Positions 59,491-64,000 of a stretch of DNA of 64,000 bases are shown here, in pieces. The position numbers and the translations under genes are program-made. The notes beneath the pieces are model-generated. The model had not been told where the DNA came from. It ran no database searches and was given only the letters and a program-made list of their open reading frames with translations. The first letter of the stretch is position 1. Each line of letters starts with the position of its first letter. This DNA is from Pseudomonadota bacterium (GTDB taxonomy: Bacteria; Bdellovibrionota; FAC87; UBA2466): positions 1 through 64,000 of the forward strand of contig JAYSWN010000172.1 in the NCBI GenBank assembly GCA_043718025.1, read 5' to 3'.

Positions 59491-61032
59491 TTGACGCGTA
59501 ACGCAAATCATTGGCTTTTGTCCGTAGCCTTTTTGGCGGTCTCCTTAATTCTTTCGTCGTGCGCAACCACGACGGTCGATAAAACCGCGGACGGGCCCCC
59601 AAACGATCCGGTGGTCTCCACCGCCGATGAACCCGAAACAGAACATTCTAGAAATTCGGCGAAAATCGAAAATCAAACGATCGATGACATTATTCGCATC
59701 GAAGAGCCCAACACCCTCACTCTGTACGACAACTCGCGCTACGATTTTCCAATCACCGTGAACTCACGGGTCGAAGGCTGGATTGACTATTTTACCGGCC
59801 GCGGCCGCGGGCACATGGAACGCTACTTGGCCCGTTCCGCTCGCTACATCCCCCGAATGAAAGAAACCTTGAAGAGTTTGGGCATGCCGCAAGACTTAGT
59901 TTACCTGGCCCTCATCGAAAGCGGATTTAACGTCCGCGCCAAATCTCACGCCCGAGCGGTTGGGCCCTGGCAGTTCATTAAGCCTACCGGCAAACGCTAT
60001 GGCCTTCGTGTCGACGCCTGGCTCGACGAACGGCGCGATCCGATTAAGAGCACCGTGGCGGCCGCCAAATATTTAAAAGACCTCTACCTGATGTTTGAGT
60101 CGTGGTATCTCGCCGCTTCGGCCTATAACGCCGGTGAATACAAAGTGCTGCGCGCCATCGAAGAACAAAAAACGAATAACTACTGGCGCATTTGTGAAAC
60201 CCGCTCACTTAAACGCGAAACCAAAGATTACGTGCCAAAACTCATTGCCGCCGCGGTGATCGCCAAGAACCCCAATCGCTACGGGTTCGATGGAATCGTC
60301 TATCAGGATGCTTTAGAGTTTGAAACAGTGAGTATCGACTTTCCGCTGCACTTAAAGGAAGTGGCGAAACTTATCGACGTGCCGATGGACGACTTAGAAG
60401 AGCTGAACCCCCATCTCGTACGCAACATGATCCCGCCCAATTCACCTAACTTCGAGCTGCGCGTGCCCACCGGCACTCGCGCGTTAGTCGAACGGGCGAT
60501 TGCGCAGATGCGGCCCGCATTAGAAGAAAATAAATTGCCCAGACAACACCTGGTCGCCAACGGGGAAACGCTAAATTCAATTGCCCGCCGATACCGCATT
60601 TCCAGCCGTGCGCTGGCTAACGCCAATAACGTGGTGCCAAAAGAAAAACTGACCCCGGGTCTATCGCTGGTCATTCCCGGAGCCGAAGAGCGACGGGCTG
60701 AACCAGTTCGGCGCGAAAATGCGGCCAACCGCCGCGGACGTAATAACGCCGCCCTGGTTGCCGATGAATCTGGTTTTGTTACGCACGTGGTCCGGCGAGG
60801 AGAATCGCTATGGTCCATCTCTGAAAAGTATGACGTCACCGTTCATGACATCTTCAAGTGGAACAGTTTGCGCAAGTCACGCATCTTTCCCGGTAAGCGG
60901 CTTCGCATCAAGGGCGCGGCGGGTGGAGAGCAGTCCCTTAACGGTCACAATAGCCGCGCCACTCAAACCGGAATGAGATTTGCCAGCCTGAAAGCACCGG
61001 CCAAAAAGAAGGCTACAAAGTTCCAACCGTAA
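59491..61032 (+). CDS. mltD: MltD-like lytic transglycosylase lipoprotein with LysM domains
   Basis: Lipobox LSSC; IESGF, AVGPWQF, AYNAGE, ETKDYVPK; two LysM repeats; TTG start after AGGAGG. Confidence 0.88.
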   Translation: MTRNANHWLLSVAFLAVSLILSSCATTTVDKTADGPPNDPVVSTADEPETEHSRNSAKIENQTIDDIIRIEEPNTLTLYDNSRYDFPITVNSRVEGWIDYFTGRGRGHMERYLARSARYIPRMKETLKSLGMPQDLVYLALIESGFNVRAKSHARAVGPWQFIKPTGKRYGLRVDAWLDERRDPIKSTVAAAKYLKDLYLMFESWYLAASAYNAGEYKVLRAIEEQKTNNYWRICETRSLKRETKDYVPKLIAAAVIAKNPNRYGFDGIVYQDALEFETVSIDFPLHLKEVAKLIDVPMDDLEELNPHLVRNMIPPNSPNFELRVPTGTRALVERAIAQMRPALEENKLPRQHLVANGETLNSIARRYRISSRALANANNVVPKEKLTPGLSLVIPGAEERRAEPVRRENAANRRGRNNAALVADESGFVTHVVRRGESLWSISEKYDVTVHDIFKWNSLRKSRIFPGKRLRIKGAAGGEQSLNGHNSRATQTGMRFASLKAPAKKKATKFQP

Positions 61033-63757
61033 AGTAAAAGCGGGCGCCCCCGGCCCCCGTATTGAGCCCCTGGGCCACATCTATGACCACTGGGCCCACC
61101 GGGGTCTTGTAGCGAAATCCGGCACCTAAGGAAGTCTTCTGCACGCCGGCGATGAGCTCCGGAAAGATTTGCCCGCTGTCCATAAAAAGCGCCACACTAA
61201 AGTTTCCGAAGATAACGCAATTCACTTCGCCGCGAAGGTTCCAAAAGGCGCTTTTAGACGGTGACGCATCATTTGCGGCCGGTGACAGGCCGCGCAAATC
61301 AAACCCTCGTATCGAGGGTTGACCGCCCAGGGCCAGTTCATTCACCAAACGAGTACGCGGGATGCCCTGTCCAAAGATACCTTGGGCATAGCCTAGACCA
61401 CCAAATACTGTGAAGCTCAATGGTCCGACCAACGGAAAGTAAAAAGAATTGCGCGCCACCGACAAAATGAAACCAACCCCGTTCGAAGACAGTAGCGCCG
61501 GGTGTGAGAACTCCAAATCAATTGTATGGAAACTGCCCGTGGTGGGATTAAAGGGATCATCACGCCGGTCCAAGATCAGGCCCGGTCCGGTAGAACCGAT
61601 CGAATCAATGCGCGTGCTGGTGCTACCGTCTAATGTTTCATTCTTGGTTCGCTCAAAGCGATAGAGTCTATAAAATAACGTCAGGCGGTCATTGAGCTTT
61701 TTCTCAATCTTACCTTCGATACGGGCCCGAGTTTGAATGCCTGGCCCCACCGCGCTAATTTGAAAACTGTCGAGCCCCACCTGAGAACTGAATATAAATG
61801 GCAGTCCCAAAAAGTAAGGGGCCCGGTAGCCTAACAGGGCTCCATACTCAACGAAGGGAATGAAGTTATCTCGGCTGATCGGCAAGGCAATTTCAGAGCG
61901 CGCCGAAACCGTGTGATTGAGGCCGGCTACATTTCGGTAGGCAATGCCGCCGAACGCGCGAAGCCTAAATAACGGGTCTTCGTAAAGCCCGCCGAGACCA
62001 AACTCACCGAGGCCCGGTTCGCTTTCTCTCACCGCCACAACGAGATTCTTGCGGGCGCCGTCAGCATTTTCGACGCGCACTTCGACACGACTAAAAATGC
62101 CTAACACCGAAATTTCTTCTTCGCTCTGGCGAACCTTAACCGGGTCGAGCAGATCGCCCTCGTGAATGCGCAGTTCGCGGAGAATAACCTCCGGTCGGGT
62201 TCTGCGATTTCCAGCGATCGAAATCTTTCCAACCCGGTACTGTGCCCCTTCTTCAACCTTCATCGAAACGTTGGCGACGCTCTTATTGGCCGGAAACTGA
62301 ATCCAGTCGTCTTCGCTGGTCGTAACCGCCGCATCAACGTACCCCAGCGTTTTAAGTCTCTCTATAAAGGCCTTCCGCCCCCGCAATAACGCCTCTTTGT
62401 CGAAAGGGGCTCCGGCTTTAAACTGAAGAAGGGTTGCCGCCTCATCGATCGACATCGATTTCAAACCCAGAATTTCCAAACTTCCCATGGAGGTTTGCCG
62501 TCCCAAATCCAGGTCAAACAGAATGCGTACCCCTTTGTGATCATCAGAAAAAAACCATTTAGGGTCAGAAACGATGGGATTTAAGAACCCCCGCCGCAAA
62601 ATTTCAGCTTTAAAATCGATGATTGAATCGCGCAGCCCCTCTTCCCAAAAAAAGCCCTGCCGGAGCACTCCGCGCTCTACGGATTCAAAAACCGCGATCG
62701 GCGTTTCGCTACCGATCAGATCGCGACTGGTAATTTTAATTGAATCAATGCGAACGCGCGGTCCTTCGCTGATTCGAAATTCGGTAAGCTTAGCCGCTTG
62801 GGCGCCCACTTCGCGCTGAATCACCTCAACCTTGGCAAAGGCGTACCCGACTTCGCGGTACTTCTTCTCGATGAGCAGACGAATGCGGCCCATCGAATCG
62901 GCCCCGGCCGCTTCGGTCCGTATCCAGCTTCGCAGCGTGAACTCGTCGTAAACTTCGTTCCCGAAAAAGGCGATAAGGTAACGGCCGCCCAGGGTAAAGC
63001 GGATCAAAATCTTACGGGTATTTTCTTGCTCCGGAGTGCGTGAAACTTCAATTACCACCTTTGCTTCCGGATATTGGTTTTCACGAAGGTAGTTTTCTAA
63101 ATCCCCTACTGACTCATCAAGATCGGAACGGCGTAAAATTCCCGATTCGCGGAATCGCAACCGCGACATTAGGTTTGCTTTTAGCTCCAGCGGAACACCG
63201 TGCCACTCAATAGTCCCCACTCTCGAAGCTTCGCCCAAGGCCGCACGAACACGAATTAAGGTTGGCGTCGGCTCTCCCTCGTCGTCCTCCAAAGTGAATT
63301 GAATCTCGGCGTTTTCGTAGCCCAAGGCGGCCAATGCCGCTAGTGATTCAGACCGCCAGGTTTCAAGGTGGCGCGAGTCAAAAGCCATCCCCTCATCCCA
63401 TTTGAGGCGCTGACGAATGGCGCGGGCCATGCGCTCATCGGCCAGATCATAGCTCCACCCTTTGAGCACCCGGATACGGTTTCCCCTAACGATGAGGCGC
63501 AGGCCAGCCCCCTCGGGCTCGGCTTCTACAAACAAACTCTGCATCCGGCCACGTTGAATCAACGCGCGAATGCCCGACTCCATTCGCGCAAAATCAACCG
63601 GTGAGCCCACCGTCAATCCTAAGTCAGAGATCAAAACTTTGCGTTCTTCGGCGGTGAAGGCCGGAGCGGTGATCGATACAGCGCTCTTTTGGGCAAGATC
63701 GTGAAAGTTTTCGGCGAGGCTACTCGAAGGTAAAACGGTAGCGCACATCCAGACCAT
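61013..63757 (-). CDS. Omp85 family protein (TamA/BamA-like) with multiple POTRA domains
   Basis: POTRA motifs (GNRRTRPEVILREL), GGQPSIRGF, GAGFRYKTPVGPVVID; start moved to about 63757 because the TamB C-terminus occupies 63720-64000. Confidence 0.85.
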   Translation of the reverse strand: MVWMCATVLPSSSLAENFHDLAQKSAVSITAPAFTAEERKVLISDLGLTVGSPVDFARMESGIRALIQRGRMQSLFVEAEPEGAGLRLIVRGNRIRVLKGWSYDLADERMARAIRQRLKWDEGMAFDSRHLETWRSESLAALAALGYENAEIQFTLEDDEGEPTPTLIRVRAALGEASRVGTIEWHGVPLELKANLMSRLRFRESGILRRSDLDESVGDLENYLRENQYPEAKVVIEVSRTPEQENTRKILIRFTLGGRYLIAFFGNEVYDEFTLRSWIRTEAAGADSMGRIRLLIEKKYREVGYAFAKVEVIQREVGAQAAKLTEFRISEGPRVRIDSIKITSRDLIGSETPIAVFESVERGVLRQGFFWEEGLRDSIIDFKAEILRRGFLNPIVSDPKWFFSDDHKGVRILFDLDLGRQTSMGSLEILGLKSMSIDEAATLLQFKAGAPFDKEALLRGRKAFIERLKTLGYVDAAVTTSEDDWIQFPANKSVANVSMKVEEGAQYRVGKISIAGNRRTRPEVILRELRIHEGDLLDPVKVRQSEEEISVLGIFSRVEVRVENADGARKNLVVAVRESEPGLGEFGLGGLYEDPLFRLRAFGGIAYRNVAGLNHTVSARSEIALPISRDNFIPFVEYGALLGYRAPYFLGLPFIFSSQVGLDSFQISAVGPGIQTRARIEGKIEKKLNDRLTLFYRLYRFERTKNETLDGSTSTRIDSIGSTGPGLILDRRDDPFNPTTGSFHTIDLEFSHPALLSSNGVGFILSVARNSFYFPLVGPLSFTVFGGLGYAQGIFGQGIPRTRLVNELALGGQPSIRGFDLRGLSPAANDASPSKSAFWNLRGEVNCVIFGNFSVALFMDSGQIFPELIAGVQKTSLGAGFRYKTPVGPVVIDVAQGLNTGAGGARFYFTVGTL

Positions 63758-64000
63758 AAGACTGAGAAGAGGTCGAAGAAGTCGTGGCCGAGCTGCTCTT
63801 CGTTCGGTCGGTAGTAGTGGCATTGATCGATAAGTTATCATTCAGCAATTGCTCAACGCGAAACTCTTTAACGGACGCTGTGTCTAAAGTACTAGAATAT
63901 GACAGCCGCGTCTTTCTGGTAATGTCTTTTTGAATTACGACGCTAGGTACCGTAGGATTGGCATTGTCGTTGCTGCCGGCCGCCGAAGAGATGCTGGTGG
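63720..64000 (-). CDS. C-terminus of a TamB/AsmA-like protein (partial)
   Basis: Manual translation ...VVIQKDITRKTRLSYSS...FRVEQLLNDNLSIN...SYGLDVRYRFTFE* directly upstream of the Omp85 gene. Confidence 0.7.
   Translation of the reverse strand, partial: TSISSAAGSNDNANPTVPSVVIQKDITRKTRLSYSSTLDTASVKEFRVEQLLNDNLSINATTTDRTKSSSATTSSTSSQSYGLDVRYRFTFE

Overview
Gene-dense chromosomal segment of moderate GC from a Gram-negative bacterium. Gene content (alpha-2-macroglobulin, delta-60 repeats, M13-like peptidase, sigma54/sigma28 promoters) is suggestive of Bdellovibrionota/Oligoflexia or a related deltaproteobacterial lineage; this is inference only. Recognisable modules: a bioF-bioD-bioA operon ending in a ferritin-like diiron gene (BioE-like) and followed by a eukaryote-type PEMT; a tatC-selA-selB operon; a collagen-like lipoprotein plus alpha-2-macroglobulin; a split NfrB/WecB/deacetylase/GH5 exopolysaccharide locus; glutamine synthetase III; groES/groEL/hsp20; a flavodoxin fusion; a glycosyltransferase cluster; NfeD-slipin; a CADD-type pABA synthase; dnaB; MltD; and TamB-TamA. 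I found no CRISPR array, rRNA, tRNA or mobile element. The most notable non-obvious signals are a sigma54-promoted, terminator-bounded, highly structured ~225-nt non-coding unit (43677-43902), a set of sigma54 promoters (several with IHF-like sites), two diiron cofactor-biosynthesis shortcuts (BioE-like and CADD), Sec machinery coupled to tatC with a divergent SECIS-binding motif, and a gene split by one in-frame TAG. All calls come from reading the sequence; no searches were run.
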